Source: Leucoraja ocellata
Lineage: Eukaryota
Direction of reading: 5' to 3'
Length of the DNA: 64,000 nt
Assembly (NCBI GenBank): GCA_036785375.1
Contig: JAWMAR010000688.1
Span: 434,001 to 498,000 of the forward strand
Under the pieces are notes generated by a model, which had not been told where the DNA came from, did not search any database, and saw only the letters and a program-made list of their open reading frames with translations. Numbering within the stretch: position 1 is the stretch's first letter; every line of letters begins with the position of its first letter. Positions 13,512 through 26,280 of this stretch are shown one piece after another. Both the position numbers and the translations under genes were made by a program.

Positions 13512-14600
13512 CATAGAAACATAGAAATTAGGTGCAGGAGTAGGCCATTCGGCCCTTTGAGCCTGCACCGCCACTCAATATGATCATGGCTGATCATCCA
13601 ACTCAGTATCTCGTACCTGCCTTCTCTCCATACCCTCTGATCCCCTTAGCCACAAGGGCCATATCTAACTCCCTCTTAAATATAGCCAATGAACTGGCCT
13701 CGACTACCCTCTGCGGCAGAGAGTTCCAGAGATTCACCACTCTGTGTGTGAAAAAAGTTCTTCTCATCTCGGTTTTAAAGGATTTCCCCCTTATCCTTAA
13801 GCTGTGACCCCTTGTCCAGGACTTCCCCAACATCGGGAGCAATCTTCCTGCATCTAGCCTGTCCAACCCCTTAAGAATTTTGTACGTTTCTATAAGATCC
13901 CCTCTCAATCTCCTAAATTCTAGAGAGTATAAACCAAGTCTATCCAGTCTTTCTTCATAAGACAGTCCTGACATCCCAGGAATCAGTCTGGTGAACCTTC
14001 TCTGCACTCCCTCTATGGCAATAATGTCCTTCCTCAGATTTGGAGACCAAAACTGTACGCAATACTCCAGGTGTGGTCTCACCAAGACCCTGTACAACTA
14101 CAGTAGAACCTCCCTGCTCCTATACTCAAATCCTTTTGCTATGAAAGCTAACATACCATTCGCTTTCTTCACTGCCTGCTGCACCTGCATGCCTACTTTC
14201 AATGACTGGTGTACCATGACACCCAGGTCTCGCTGCATCTCCCCTTTTCCTAGTCGGCCACCATTTAGATAATAGTCTGCTTTCCTGTTTTTGCCACCAA
14301 AATGGATAACCTCACATTTATCCACATTATATATATTTTTTTATTTTATTTTTTACATCCACATTATTGCATATCCACCGTCAACCCGTTTAGAATTAAT
14401 TGCCAGTCAATCTTGGCCAATTCACGTCTCATACCCACAAAGTTACCTTTCTTTAAGTTCAGAACCATTGTGTCTGAATTAACAATGTCACTCTCCATCC
14501 TAATGAAGAACTCAACCATATTATGGTCACTCTTGCCCAAGGGGGCACGTACAACAAGATTGCTAACTAACCCTTCCTCATTACTCAATACCCAGTCTAA
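13512..14600 (-). mobile_element. Young CR1-type LINE, 5'-truncated, with an internal deletion near 14330-14370
   Basis: ORFs 14098-14325 and 13603-14097 (split by one stop) give the ORF2 C-terminus (VLVRPHLEYCVQFWSP...). ORF 14364-14588 (PLGKSDHNMVEF) gives the end of the APE endonuclease domain. catagaaacatagaaa tail at the left end. Confidence 0.92.
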
Positions 14601-15001
14601 AATCCTACATACTAAGTCCTAATATTTCTGATACTTTTTAACTATCTGTTATTTTCAAAATCACAGATGGTGTCCTGTTAACTATGATATTATTACCACA
14701 AATGCTGCCCTAATATCTGTAATACTATAACTACAAATGGTTCTCTAGCATTATTAAACACAAACCCTGTCATGGTGATGATAAATCTGACCGTACACTA
14801 CAATTGTTAATGTCAATGTAGCCAGGTAATTAATAAAGATACAGAAAATGACAATAGCACAATATACCATCAGGTGAATAGATTCATTATTAACTATGGC
14901 TGAGCTGAGCGGAGAATTTAAGGAAACAATGCAAAAAGAAGGAAAAAGCAAGAACAGACTTCTACTAAGATCCCTTTAAATGTGTGAAAGGCATTTCATA
15001 A

Positions 15002-15425
15002 AAGAACCTGAAGCAGTGGTTCGGTGAAGACCCCGCTTGCTCCCTTTGCCAAGCACCTGCATCACTTAGGCACATTTTAACAGGATGCACTATGAGCCTC
15101 GCCCAAGGGTGTTTCACTTGGTGGCATAACCATGTTCTCAGACAGCTGGCATCAATCCTGGAACAGAGGTGAAAGGTCACAAATGCTTCCCCACAAACAT
15201 TGGCAGGAAATGTCCACTTCACAACATTTGTACCAGCAGGTCAACCTCCAGAGCACCAGATAACATCAAAGGCTGCAAGCATTCTTCAGCCTGCTCGAGA
15301 TTGGAAAATGGAAGTTGACTTGGAAAAAAAGCTTGAGTTTCCCCCAGACATTGTGACCAGACATGATCCTTTGGACCACAACAGCCAAGTTGGCATACGT
15401 TGTGGAATTGACAGTTCCTTGGGGG
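15002..15425 (+). mobile_element. HERO/R2-group (restriction-like endonuclease) non-LTR retrotransposon C-terminal remnant
   Basis: Frame from 15002: KNLKQWFGEDPACSLCQAPASLRHILTGCTMSLAQGCFTWWHNHVLRQLA (CCHC knuckle and RHN-like motif) ...ILQPARDWKMEVDLEKKLEFPPDIV. After a frameshift: PDMILWTTTAKLAYVVELTVPW (PD...ELTVPW RLE core). Confidence 0.8.
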
Positions 15426-15477
15426 TGAGAGGGGGGTAGGGGGAGACTGGGTGGGCGAGAGGAGGGAGGGGAGACCG

Positions 15478-15875
15478 CTGGGTCCCGTTCCCTCAACGTG
15501 CGGTTAAGGTGGCAGGGGGGGCTGCGGCTTCACACGCACACTAACCACCTCCCATACACACAGAGGTGGAGGGGGTTGACGGAGGGTAGAGGGAAGAGAG
15601 TAGGGGGCAAGAGATTATAGGGGGGAGGGGGGTAGAGGGAGGGGAGAGGGGGTTGGAGGAGGGGAGAGGGGGGTTGGAGGAGGGGAGAGAGGTGGGGGCG
15701 GGAGAGGGCAGAGGGAGGAAGGGAAGAGAGAGTGGGGGGGAAGGCGGAAGAGAGCGTGGGGGGGAAGGGGGAAGAGAGAGAAGGGGGAGGAGGAGAGAGG
15801 TTGGATATGGGGGAGAGATTGGGGAGTTGAGGGGTAAGGGAGAGCGCGGGGGATGTGAGAGTGGTGTGGGAAGAT
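15478..15875 (-). mobile_element. Partial copy of the Helitron-like family at 3700-4444 plus its G-rich tract
   Basis: gggtcccgttccctcaacgtgcggtt...cacacgcacactaaccacctccc is the diverged reverse complement of ~4353-4423. No CTAG end is retained. Confidence 0.5.
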
Positions 15876-17019
15876 AGACTTAAACGCTTTAAACTAATGA
15901 AAGGCTGTAAAAAAGACTACTGGACTTCAGAATGCATAGGTCCATTCAAGAACAAAACAAAATCTGTGCCTGGAACTAGTGGAAGTGCTCAAGTTCCTAA
16001 ATAACTGCTTTGAATCAGTATTCACCAAGGTTAGGATATGGATGATGGCAAGATCAGGGAGGGATATCAAAGTCAAAGTATCCTTTATTGTCATTCAGAC
16101 TTTTCGGTCTGAACGAAATTTTGTTGTCTTGCAGTCATACATATAATAAAAATAACAAAAACATACAATAAACACAAATTTAACATCCACCACAGTGAGT
16201 TCACCAGGTACAGTTTTTTTCTATACATAGTGAGTATCCAGTATTCCAGCGTAAGCAAACTCTTTCTTTCACGTATACCCATATTAAAGGCTGAAGGCAT
16301 TATATTGACCTTATGGAGACAAAATTGTCAGTTCTATTTCAGTGCATTACCTCACCCTTTGTAGCAGATGAAATATGGAACTCAAAATATGGCAGTTGTA
16401 GGGTTTACGATTTGATTTCCATGCACCTATATTACGGTTGTGTATTTGAGGTTGACTGTTGGGAAGAGCAAAACTTGGCCAATCTCAGTGAAGCTAATAT
16501 ATTTATGGGCAACTATTTCAATCGTCTTAATCAAGTGGTTAACTTTTGTTTGGAATGTTGAGAAAATTATTATCAAGCATATTAACATAGAAGTAGCAGT
16601 CCATTTGAAACAAAGTCTCTTTTGTAGGTTTTGTTTGTAGTTTGAAATAGTTGAAAAATAAGCATGTATCTGCTGATTGGTGGGAGAATAATTAAGGCAG
16701 GGACACCATATTAGAAAGTTAAAAGCTGCATTTTCAAACACTCGCTATTCCACTGCTGACAATTAAAAATTGTTTTGCATGTTTTTTAATGCTTGAATAT
16801 CATATACATGTTTTTGAAAGGATATAACTTAAATTCCATAAGGGGCCAACTAAGATTCCAAAGCAATACTGCATTTTCTCCAAATATGAAATAAAGTCAA
16901 AATCCTGGATATACCCAGCAGATGGACATAATTTTTTTTGTGGGGGGGGGGCAGGGAATAATCCTTTGTGTTTTTCGGCATAAATTGTATTGCTGGCTGT
17001 GAGGGTGAAATAAACATTG

Positions 17020-17890
17020 AACGTAGAACAGTACAGCACGAAAACAGGCCCTTTGGTCCACAATGTGTCGAACATGATGCCACGATCATCACTTATCTGC
17101 CTGCACATAACCCATTTCCCTCCATTCCTGGCACATCCTTATGCCCATCCAAAGCTCTTTTAACTGCCACTAGCACATTGGCTTTAACTACCACCCCCAG
17201 CAGCATGTCCAGGCATTCAGCATCCCTCTGTATATAAAAAAAAATTGTCACGCACATCTCTTTAAATTTACCCCTTTTATCTTTAGGCTATGCTCTCTTG
17301 TATTAGATTTTCTCATTCTGGGAAAAAGAATCTGACAGGTCTCTCTGCAACCTCGGGCATTCCAGAGAAAACAATCCAAGTCTGTCTAACCTCTCCCTGT
17401 AGCTAACACCCCTTAATCCAACATTAATCTGTAAACCTACTCTGAAGCCTTTCCAAATCCTCCACAGGGCGGCACGGTTGCGCAGTGGAAGAGTTGCTGC
17501 CTTACAGCCCTTGCAGCGCTGGAGACCCGGGTTCGATCCAGACTACGGGTGCTGACTGAACGGAGTTTGTACGTTTTCCCTGTGACCTGCGTGGGTTATT
17601 TTCCGAGATCTTCGGTTTCCTCCCACACTCCAAAGGCGTACAATTTTGTAGATTAATTGGCTTGGTAAATGTGTGTCGGATAGTGTTAATGTGCAGGGAT
17701 TGCTGGTCGGCGCAAACCCGGGTGGCCGAAGGGCCTGTTTCCGCGCTATACCTAAACTAAACTATAAATCTTTCCTGTAATGGTACGAGCAGAACTGCAT
17801 ACAGTACTCCAAAGGCGGCCTAACCAAAGTAGTATAAAGCTGCATCATGACTTCCTGACCCTTATATTCAAAACTCCAACCTATGAAATT
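17020..17890 (-). mobile_element. Older CR1-type LINE fragment, interrupted by a SINE
   Basis: Minus-strand MQLYTTLVRPPLEYCMQF motif (ORF 17762-18046) and a CR1 3' UTR (agaacagtacagcacgaaaacaggcccttt) at the left end. Confidence 0.75.
17467..17763 (+). mobile_element. tRNA-derived SINE (HE1/V-SINE-like), full length
   Basis: tRNA head with A box (ggttgcgcagtgg) and B box (gggttcgatcc), V-domain-like core (gagtttgtacgttttccctgtgacctgcgtggg...ggtttcctcccacactccaaag), CR1-like tail gccgaagggcctgtttcc and (TAAAC)n end. Confidence 0.85.
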
Positions 17891-18224
17891 GCATCTAATG
17901 GCTAGAGGTACTACAAAGAGGTGAGAGCAGGGGAAAACAAAATGCTGAAATTGAGAAATATGATTGCAGGTGGTTAAAATCTGGAGAAATGCTGCAAATA
18001 TCCAGCAGGCTAGGCAATAACTGTTGGTGTGATTCAGGTTGATCATCTTTCATTCGATCTGGCCTGCTCTGATGCAAATTGGAAACGCTGGTTATCTGAA
18101 ATAGTTAATAGTTTCCTGCGGGTGATGTATATCCTGGTGGAGATTTCCAGGCTTTTCTTTCTGGCAATTTTTTTGAAGTATAATGAGCAGCTTTTCAAAG
18201 AAGTAATTTGTTTCTTCCTTACAG

Positions 18225-18317
18225 ACACCAAATGCCTGGGCGGAAGAGATCTCTGAAAGGAAGAAAGGATCCCACAAACGGTCTGCATCCTGGGGAAGTA
18301 ATGACCAATTAAAAGAG
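18225..18317 (+). CDS. FAM117B: FAM117B internal coding exon (probably exon 3), 93 bp
   Basis: ttcttccttacAG acceptor, GTtag donor, phase 0/0. Encodes TPNAWAEEISERKKGSHKRSASWGSNDQLKE, continuing DKATQ-T in frame. Confidence 0.93.
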
Positions 18318-18505
18318 GTTAGAATTTCTTTTCTCCATTTTCAAGCAGGATTCAATGCCATTTTTTTGCTTACATTTTGTTTGATTTGGTATCACAACAA
18401 TTGAGGAAATCCTTAAATTAAAAAAAATCTCTAATCAGTTTCTTGCAGTTTAGTAGGCAAATTGATACAGTGGGTATCAATGGTCATCCAGATTATTTAC
18501 TACTA

Positions 18506-19745
18506 CAGGTGCACAACCTTTTATCCGAAAGCCTTGGGACCAGACACTTGTCGGATTTCGGACATTTTCGGATTTCAGAATGGAAGATTTTTAGCGTAGA
18601 TTAGGTAGGTAGCGCGGGCGGCTTGAAAAGTCTGGAGCAGCTGCCTCCTCCCCGGAGACCGGGAGAATCATTGCATAAATGTTAGTCAGTTAGTTTGGAG
18701 GGATTTTATGTGGTGGTGGTGGTGGTGTAGGGGTGAAGGGGGAAACTTTAATTCTTAGTCCCCTACCTACCTGGTCGGCGACTCCCAACCTCGCGGAGCT
18801 GGGGGCTCCGTCCGGCCGCGGGCGGCGCCGGTTGGAGCTCCGACCCCGGCAACTCTACCCCTGGCTGCGAGGCGCTCCAAATCCAGCGCGGCCCGCGGCC
18901 GGACGTCCCAGCTCCGAGAATGTCGGGAGTCGGCGGCGTCGCAGCGCTGGGATACCAGCGGGGAGCGAGCAATGCCTTACCGGGTCGCCGTGCGGCAAGC
19001 TCCGGAGCGCTGTGGCCGCCTTCTTCCAACATTCGCGGAGCGTCGCTGGATTTGGAGCCACGGAGCTGGGGGCTCCGTCCGGCCGCGGGCGGCGCCGGTT
19101 GGAGCTCCGACCCCGGCAACTCTACCCCTGGCTGCGCGGCTCCAAATCCAGCGACGCTCCGCGATGTTGTGTGTCGGTGGCCACAGCGCTCCGGAGCTTG
19201 CCGCACGGCGACCCGGTAAGGCATTGCCCGCACCCCGCTGGTATCCCAGCGCTGCGACGCCGCCGACTCCCGACATTCGCGGAGCTGGGGCATCCGGCCG
19301 CGGGCCACGCTGGATTTGGAGCGCCTCGCAGCCAGGGGTAGAGTTGCCGGGGTCGGAGCTACAACTGGCGCCGCCTGTGGCCCCACCGGCCACAGCGCTG
19401 TGGAGCTTACTGCACAGCGACCCGGTAAGGCATTGACCGCTCCCCGCCTCTCCGACCAGGTAGGGGACTAAGAATTAAAGTTTACCCCTTCACCCCCCTT
19501 CACATAAAAGCCCTCCAAACTAACTGACTAACATTTAAGCAATGATTTACAGATGTTTAAGCGTCTCCCGGTCTCCAGGGAGGAGGCAGCCGCTACAGTA
19601 GTACAGACCTGGGTTGACCGTGGGTCGTTTTGGGTCAAGTTTGGCGCCAAACGCGAGCTTTGGTGCGCAGACGACATCTGGAAAAAATGGCCGGTTTTCG
19701 GAGCTTTTCGGTTTCTGGAACACCGGATAAAAGGTTGTGCACCTG
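18506..19745. mobile_element. Non-autonomous Tc1/mariner-pogo-type foldback MITE A (1240 bp)
   Basis: TA TSD on both sides, TIR CAGGTGCACAACCTTTTATCCG / CGGATAAAAGGTTGTGCACCTG. The interior is a long, GC/CpG-rich nested palindrome. Confidence 0.9.
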
Positions 19746-19913
19746 TATTCTCAAACAAAAGTCTGCAATTGGATTCTTTGAATCTGTTAAAAGAAGATTC
19801 TGCATAATTACTTGTTTGCTCCTTAAGTTAGTCCAATTTTTAAGGGATGGTTCAAACCATTTGTACCTTCATTAGAAACGTCCATTATTTAAATTCTTAT
19901 TCAACAGCACTGA

Positions 19914-20126
<213 letters not shown>

Positions 20127-20479
20127 TAAAATATGTATGCAACAAAGAAATCAGAATTAGTCCAGGAATAGAGGGATACATACAGTATCATGTGTAGGCA
20201 GATAGGATATGTGAAATTGGCAACATGGTTGGCGCAGGCATGACTTGAAGGACTTTTACCTGTACTGTACGGTTCTATGTTCTAATTATACCTTTGAGTT
20301 TGAAATAAAATTAAAACACTCATTTTGCCAATTTGTATGGTTGAATGATCTGAAACTAGTCCTGCTTAGTGTTGATGGTGAAAGAGTTTTCTATTAAAAT
20401 TCAAACTTTTAGAAGAAACCTTTGATATGAAATGAGTGCGGTTGTTTGAAGTTTAGGCCAAATCCCTTAGGAAACCCCT

Positions 20480-20938
20480 AAATTCCCAAGAAATCAGAGG
20501 TGCAAAGGGACGGGAGTGCTAGTGCAAGATTCCCACATTGATTTGCAGGTTGAAATAAGGATGGGAAATGTAATGTTAGCATTCATTTCAAGAGGACTAG
20601 ACTATAAAAGCATGAATGTAATGCTTAGGCTTGATAAGGCATTGATCACCATATTTGCAATATTGTGAGCAATCGTGTAGCCCATATCTGAGCAAGCATG
20701 TGCTGGTGTTGGAGAGGGTCCAGAGGAGATTAAGAGGATGACTGGGGATGATTGGGTTAACGTATGAGGAGCATACATTCTCTGGGCCTGTGCTCGTTGG
20801 AGTTTAGAAGGATGAGGGGAAATCTCATTGAAACCAACTGAATAATGAAATGCCTGGATAGAATGGATATGGTGAGGATGTTTTCAGCCGTGAGAGTGTT
20901 TAGGACCAGAGGGCACAGCCTCAAAATAAAAGGAAGTA
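20480..20938 (+). mobile_element. Decayed CR1-type LINE fragment, target of the Tc1 insertion
   Basis: LDRMDMVRMF..RTRGHSLKIKGS motifs, interrupted at aggaagTA by the Tc1 TIR. Confidence 0.75.
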
Positions 20939-22579
20939 CAGTGCCCTCCATAATGTTTGGGACAAAGACCCATCATTTATTTATTTGCCTCCTTACTCCA
21001 CAATTTGAGATTTATAATAGAAAAAAATCACATGTAGTTAAAGTGTACATTGTCAGATTTTATTAAAGGATATTTTTATACATTTTGGTTTCACCATGTA
21101 GAAATTACAACTGTGTTTATACATAGTCTCCCCATTTCAGGGCACCATAATGTTTGGGACACATGGCTTCACAGGTGATTGTAATTGCCCAGGTGTGTTT
21201 AATGGCCTCTTTAATGCAGGTATAAGAGAGCTCTCAGCACCTAGTCTATCCTCAAGTCTTTCCATCACCTTTGGAAACTTTTATTGCTGTTTATCAACAT
21301 GAGAACCAAAGTTATGCCAATGAAAGTCAAATAAGCCATTATGAGACTGAGAAACAAGAATAAAACTGTTAGACATCAGCCAAACCTCAGACTTACCAAA
21401 ATCAACTGTTTGGAACATCATTAAGAAGAAAGAGAGCGCTGGTGAGCTTACTAATTGCAAAGGGACTGGCAGGCCAAGGAAGACCTCCACAGCTGATGAC
21501 AGAAAAATTATCTCTATAATAAAGAAAAATCCTCAGTCGGACAGATCAGAAACGCTCTTCAGGAGTCAGGTGTGGATTTGTCAATGACCACTGTCCGCAG
21601 AAGAATTCATGGACAGAAATACAGAGGCTACACTGCAAGATGCAAACCACTGGTTACCAGCAAAAATAGGATGGCCAGGTTACAGTTTGCCAATAAGTAC
21701 TTAAAAGAGCAACCACAGTTCTGGAAAAAGGTCTTGTGGTCAGATGAGATGAAGATGAACTTACATCAGTGATTTCAAGAGCAAAGTATGGAGGAGTGAA
21801 GGAACTGCCCAAGATCCAAAGCATACCACCTCATCTGTGAAACACGGTGGTGGGGGTGTTATGGCCTGGGCATGTATGGCTGCTAAAGGTACTGGGTCAC
21901 TTATCTTCATTGATGGTACAACTGCTGATGGTAGTTGCTTAATGAATTCTGAAGTGTATAGACACATTCTATCTGCTCAAGTTCAAACAAATGCCTCAAA
22001 ATTCATTGGCTGGCGGTTCATTTTACAGCCAGACAATGATCCCAAACATACTGCTAAAGCAACAAAGGAGTTTTTCAAGGTTAAAAAATGGTAAATTCTT
22101 GAGTGGCCAAGTCAATCACCCGATCTGAACCCAATTGAGCATGCCTTTTATATGCTGAAGAGAAAACTGAAGGGTACGAGCCCCCAAAACAAGCATAAGC
22201 TAAAGATGGCTGCAATACAGGCCTGGCAAAGCATCACCAGAGAAGACACACAGCAACTGGTGATGTCCGTGAATCGCAGACTTCAAGCAGTCATTGCAGA
22301 CAAAGGATATGCAACAAAATACTAAACATGACTACTTTCATTTACATGACATTGCTGTGTCCCAAACATTATGGTGCCCTGAAATGGGAGGACTATGTAC
22401 AAACACTGCTGTAATTTCTACATGGTGAAACCAAAATGTATAAAAATGCCCTTTATTAAAATCTGACAATGTGCACTTTAACCACGTGTAATTTTTTCTA
22501 TTTCAAATCTCAAATTGTGGAGTACAGAGGCAAATAAATAAATGATGGGTCTTTGTCCCAAACATTGTGGAGGGCACTG
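20939..22579 (+). mobile_element. Full-length Tc1-family DNA transposon (1641 bp), IR/DR-type long TIRs
   Basis: TA TSD; ~225-bp TIRs starting CAGTGCCCTCCA; internal direct repeat cataatgtttgggaca at both ends of the left TIR; central transposase. Confidence 0.95.
21299..22325 (+). pseudogene. Tc1 DD34E transposase pseudogene
   Basis: MRTKVMPMKVK*AIMRL..., GRPRKTS, VLWSDE, KHGGGGVMAWACM, DNDPKHT-(34 aa spacing)-WPSQSPDLNPIE, GYATKY*. Several stops and frameshifts. Confidence 0.92.
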
Positions 22580-23294
22580 TACCTTTATCTTCCTACAATC
22601 TTAGATATACACACCTGAAAACTAATTAAGTTGATTGAGGTGATCTGCCAGATATGCAAGATTGGAAAGGCATTGTAAATCCCCAAAATTATTTGACCAA
22701 AGAAAACTTATTTTGAAACAGAAGGCATTCAAGTTCACATTGTGGTTTTTATGCTCATCATGTTGCCATCACAGTTATAGAGTTATACAGCATGGAAACA
22801 GGCCCTTTGGCCCAACATCCCATGCTGTCCAAGATGCCCCATCTACACTAGTCTCACCTGCGTACATTTGGACCACATTCCTCTAAACTGTTCCTATCTG
22901 TGTACCTGTCCAAATGTCTTTTAAATGTTGTTATAGTATCTGCCTTAACTATCTTCTTTGGCATCTATTTCCATATATCCACCACTCAGAAGTAGCTGGA
23001 AGAGTTTTACTTTCACTGTGGTAAGACCCCTGAAGACAAAGGTTTAGAGATTACAGCCATGATGCTAAATGCTGACAGTGAGAACTTGTTATGGGTACAA
23101 GGGGGAACCCTACAGTAAAATTAACCGTGTCAGCTCCAGGAAGTAATACGCCCGGATGTCAGAGATCGTCAAAGTTAATTTGAAGGAAAGGAGGAAAGTA
23201 TAGATGAAGTTGATGATATCAATGAGTTCTGCATGGGTGCAGGAGGTAGCCACGATGCGGTCATTGATGTAGTGTTGGGGGATGGTGCCAGGAG

Positions 23295-23648
23295 TGATCT
23301 TATACAGGTGTAAAAAATCATAAAAGGAATAATCTGGTAAATGCACAGTCGTTTGCCCAGAGTTAAGGGAATCGTGAACCAGATGACATAGGTTTAAGTT
23401 GAGTGGGGAAAGATTTAATGAGAATCTGAGGGGTAACTTTTTTGCACAAAGGGTGATGGGTGTATGGAACAAGCTGTTGGAGAGATAGTTGAGGCAGATA
23501 CTAGCGTAACATTTATGAAACATTTAGACAGGTACATGGATAGGATACGTTTCGAGGGATATGGGCCAAATGTAGTGTAAATAGGGCATATTGGTCGGCA
23601 TGGGCAAGTTGGGCCGAAAGGTTTGTTTCCATGTGGTATGACTCTCTG
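23295..23648 (+). mobile_element. CR1-type LINE 3' end
   Basis: gggtaacttttttgcacaaagggtgatgggtgtatggaacaagctg...gggcaagttgggccgaaagg tail. Confidence 0.75.
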
Positions 23649-24619
23649 TAAATCATGGATATTTTTATTATTGTGAAAACTCTGTTCAAAGACAAAAGCA
23701 AGAAAACAAATCCATGGTGTAAATTTATATTATTATACTGAAATGTGGAACAACCATTAACTCTAAGGATGTTAAACATATTTGCTGTGCAGCAGTGTTA
23801 AGAAGTTTAGATCTTGAAATCTCAGCAAATGAATTTCAATGGCACAAAACCTGCTCCCAGATTAAGACTTTGTTTACAACAATTCAATTGTGTTTCTCTA
23901 CTGTTCTAACAACAAGCATTAAGCTTGATGCTCATTCATAATGATAAAGCTCCAATTGATGCGTTCTACAGTCACATGCCACTGGTTTGTATAACACCTT
24001 ATTGTTTTCTCTTGGTACTTTTTCTCCAATGTAGTTTTGTCGTATAATTGTATCTTATTATGAGGCATTTTGCTGCCTCAAGTGGTGTGTTAAAAAGGGT
24101 TAACTATAGTATAGACTGCTAGTCTGAGAAAGAGCACGACTTGTATGGAAGACCATGAAGACCATGACCAATGCAATGGATAGTGTACAAGTAAATCATT
24201 TTGAGAAGAGAATATAATACATTTGATTTTAGTTAATTTCTCAGACCAATTTACTGGCGATTTTTGCAATTGCTAAAATTAAGCAAAAATACAAGCGCTA
24301 CATTTTCACACATGAACTTCAAATAGGTTAATTACTTTATGCCCCATATAAATCAGACAAAAGAATACGATTAAATGAACTTATTTTTGATAACAAATTC
24401 CTCAGGCTCAATTCCATCCGTTACTTGCAGGGGAGTCTGAAACTTGGGTTCCTTCGAGGCATTTGAATATTTTATTAGGTTATAATTACTTTAGGATGTG
24501 AGTTTGGTTTTTGTGCAAGAGATTTGAAAGACAGATGGCAACTTGCATTACATGAGAAACTAAATTGTGCCTCTACTTTTTTCAGATTTCAAAAACCAGT
24601 CTCTCCATTTGTGAAGAAA

Positions 24620-26280
24620 CAGTGATTGGGGCAGTGGATGTTGTGCAAACAGATTTTAGATTGGCATTTAAGGTCATAAGTGATAGTAGTAGAATTAGGC
24701 CATTCGGCTCATCAAATCTACTCCGCCATTCAATCATGGCTGGTCTATCTCTCGCTCCTAACCCCAATAATTTGATGAAGTCCCACATGGTAGGCTGGTC
24801 CAGAAGATTAAGATGTCTGGGATCCATGGTGACTATGTAACTTGGATTCAGAAGTGGCTTATCCATAGAAAGAGGGTCACGGTGGAAGGATGTTATTCTG
24901 GCTGGAGGTCTGTTACAGTGATGATGCACAAGGATCTCCACTGCGACCTCTGTTTCGGATATAAAAACTTGCATAACTTTGATACCCAAACTTGGGTTGG
25001 TTAGTAAGTTTGTAGACAACACAAAAATTGATGGAGTTTCGTTCAGTGAGGAAGGCCGTCAAAGGATGCAGCGGGATATAAAACGTGACAGACATGGGCA
25101 GATAAATGCAGATGGAGTTTAGTCTGAACAAGTGTGGAATGTTGGATTTAGGGAGGTCGAATGTAAGAGAAAATAAAAAGTTAATGGCAATATTATTAGC
25201 TGCATTGATGCCCATAGAAGTAGCAACACAGGTAAATAGAGTGGTATGGTAGGGTATTTGCAAGTCTCTTTGCAATTATTTTCGAAGGTTAAGTGTAAGA
25301 TTGAGGAAGCCAATTTGTAGCTTTATAAAACTTTGGTTTGGCATCATGTTCAGCACATATATTGTGAGCCAAAGAACGGTTCCTCTGCTACACTGTTCTA
25401 TGTAAAATCTTTACCAAGTGTGCTCCATGCATCAATTCCCCATCTGTTTGTATGCCTTGTCCATTGCTTCCTAGTTGAATTCTTCATTGGGTACTTAAAA
25501 ATATATATTATTCACATAACAGAACAGCACAGGAAAATGCCCTTTGGCTCACAATGTTTATGTGAACATGATGCCTAGTTAAACTGATCTCATCAGCTTG
25601 TACATGTTCTATATCCCTCTATTCCCTGCACTTCCATGTGTCTAAAAGCCTCTTAAACGCCACTATTGTATCTGACTACACCACCACCCTTGGCAATACG
25701 TTCCAGGCTCCCAACACTCTCTGTAAAAATTGCCCCACGCATTTCCATTAAACATACCCCCTCTCATCTTATAGCCATGCCCTCTAGCATTTGACATTTC
25801 CACCCTGGGAAAAAAGGTTCTGACTGTGTACCCTGTAATGGGGCCACCAGAATTGCATATAATATTCCAAATGTAGCCTAACCAAAGTCCTATAGCTGCA
25901 TTACGACTTCCTGACTCTTACATTCAATGGCCCTAGCAATGAAGGCAAGCATACCCGTACACCTTATTTACCACCCTATCGACCTGTGCTGCCACAATTA
26001 GTGAGCTATGGCATTAGACATCAAGATCTCTCTGCAGATCAATGCAGTTCAATTTTGGTGTCATCAGTAAACGTACCCACCAACCCATCTACATGTACAT
26101 CTAGATCATTTATAACAGCAGAGGTTCCAGCACAGATCCCTGCGGAACTCCACTGGTCACAGACTTGCAGCCAGAATATCTACATACCACCACAACAGTC
26201 TGTCTTCTCTGAATAAGCCAGTTCTGAATCCATACAATCAAGTCAACGCAAATCCCCGACATCTTAATCTTCTGTATCAT
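24620..26280. mobile_element. Two decayed CR1-type fragments in opposite orientation (+ ~24620-25400, - ~25520-26280)
   Basis: GAVDVV..DF, WIQKWL..RKRVTVEG.YSGWRSV and FVDNTKI motifs on the + strand, and the mirrored motifs on the - strand. Confidence 0.7.

Noticed and set aside
17467-17550. Possible tRNA gene
   Set aside because: The A/B boxes continue into a V-SINE core and LINE-derived tail with no proper acceptor stem, so it is a SINE head.
18733-19436. Overlapping 100-207 aa ORFs on both strands (also at 27950-28805, 40163-40498 and 59078-60195)
   Set aside because: They lie in GC-rich palindromic MITE interiors, where stop codons are rare. The peptides are repetitive, mirrored on both strands and have no recognisable domain.
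18640-19700. CpG island / internal promoter
   Set aside because: CpG richness is confined exactly within TIR-bounded MITEs and is better explained by recent insertion.
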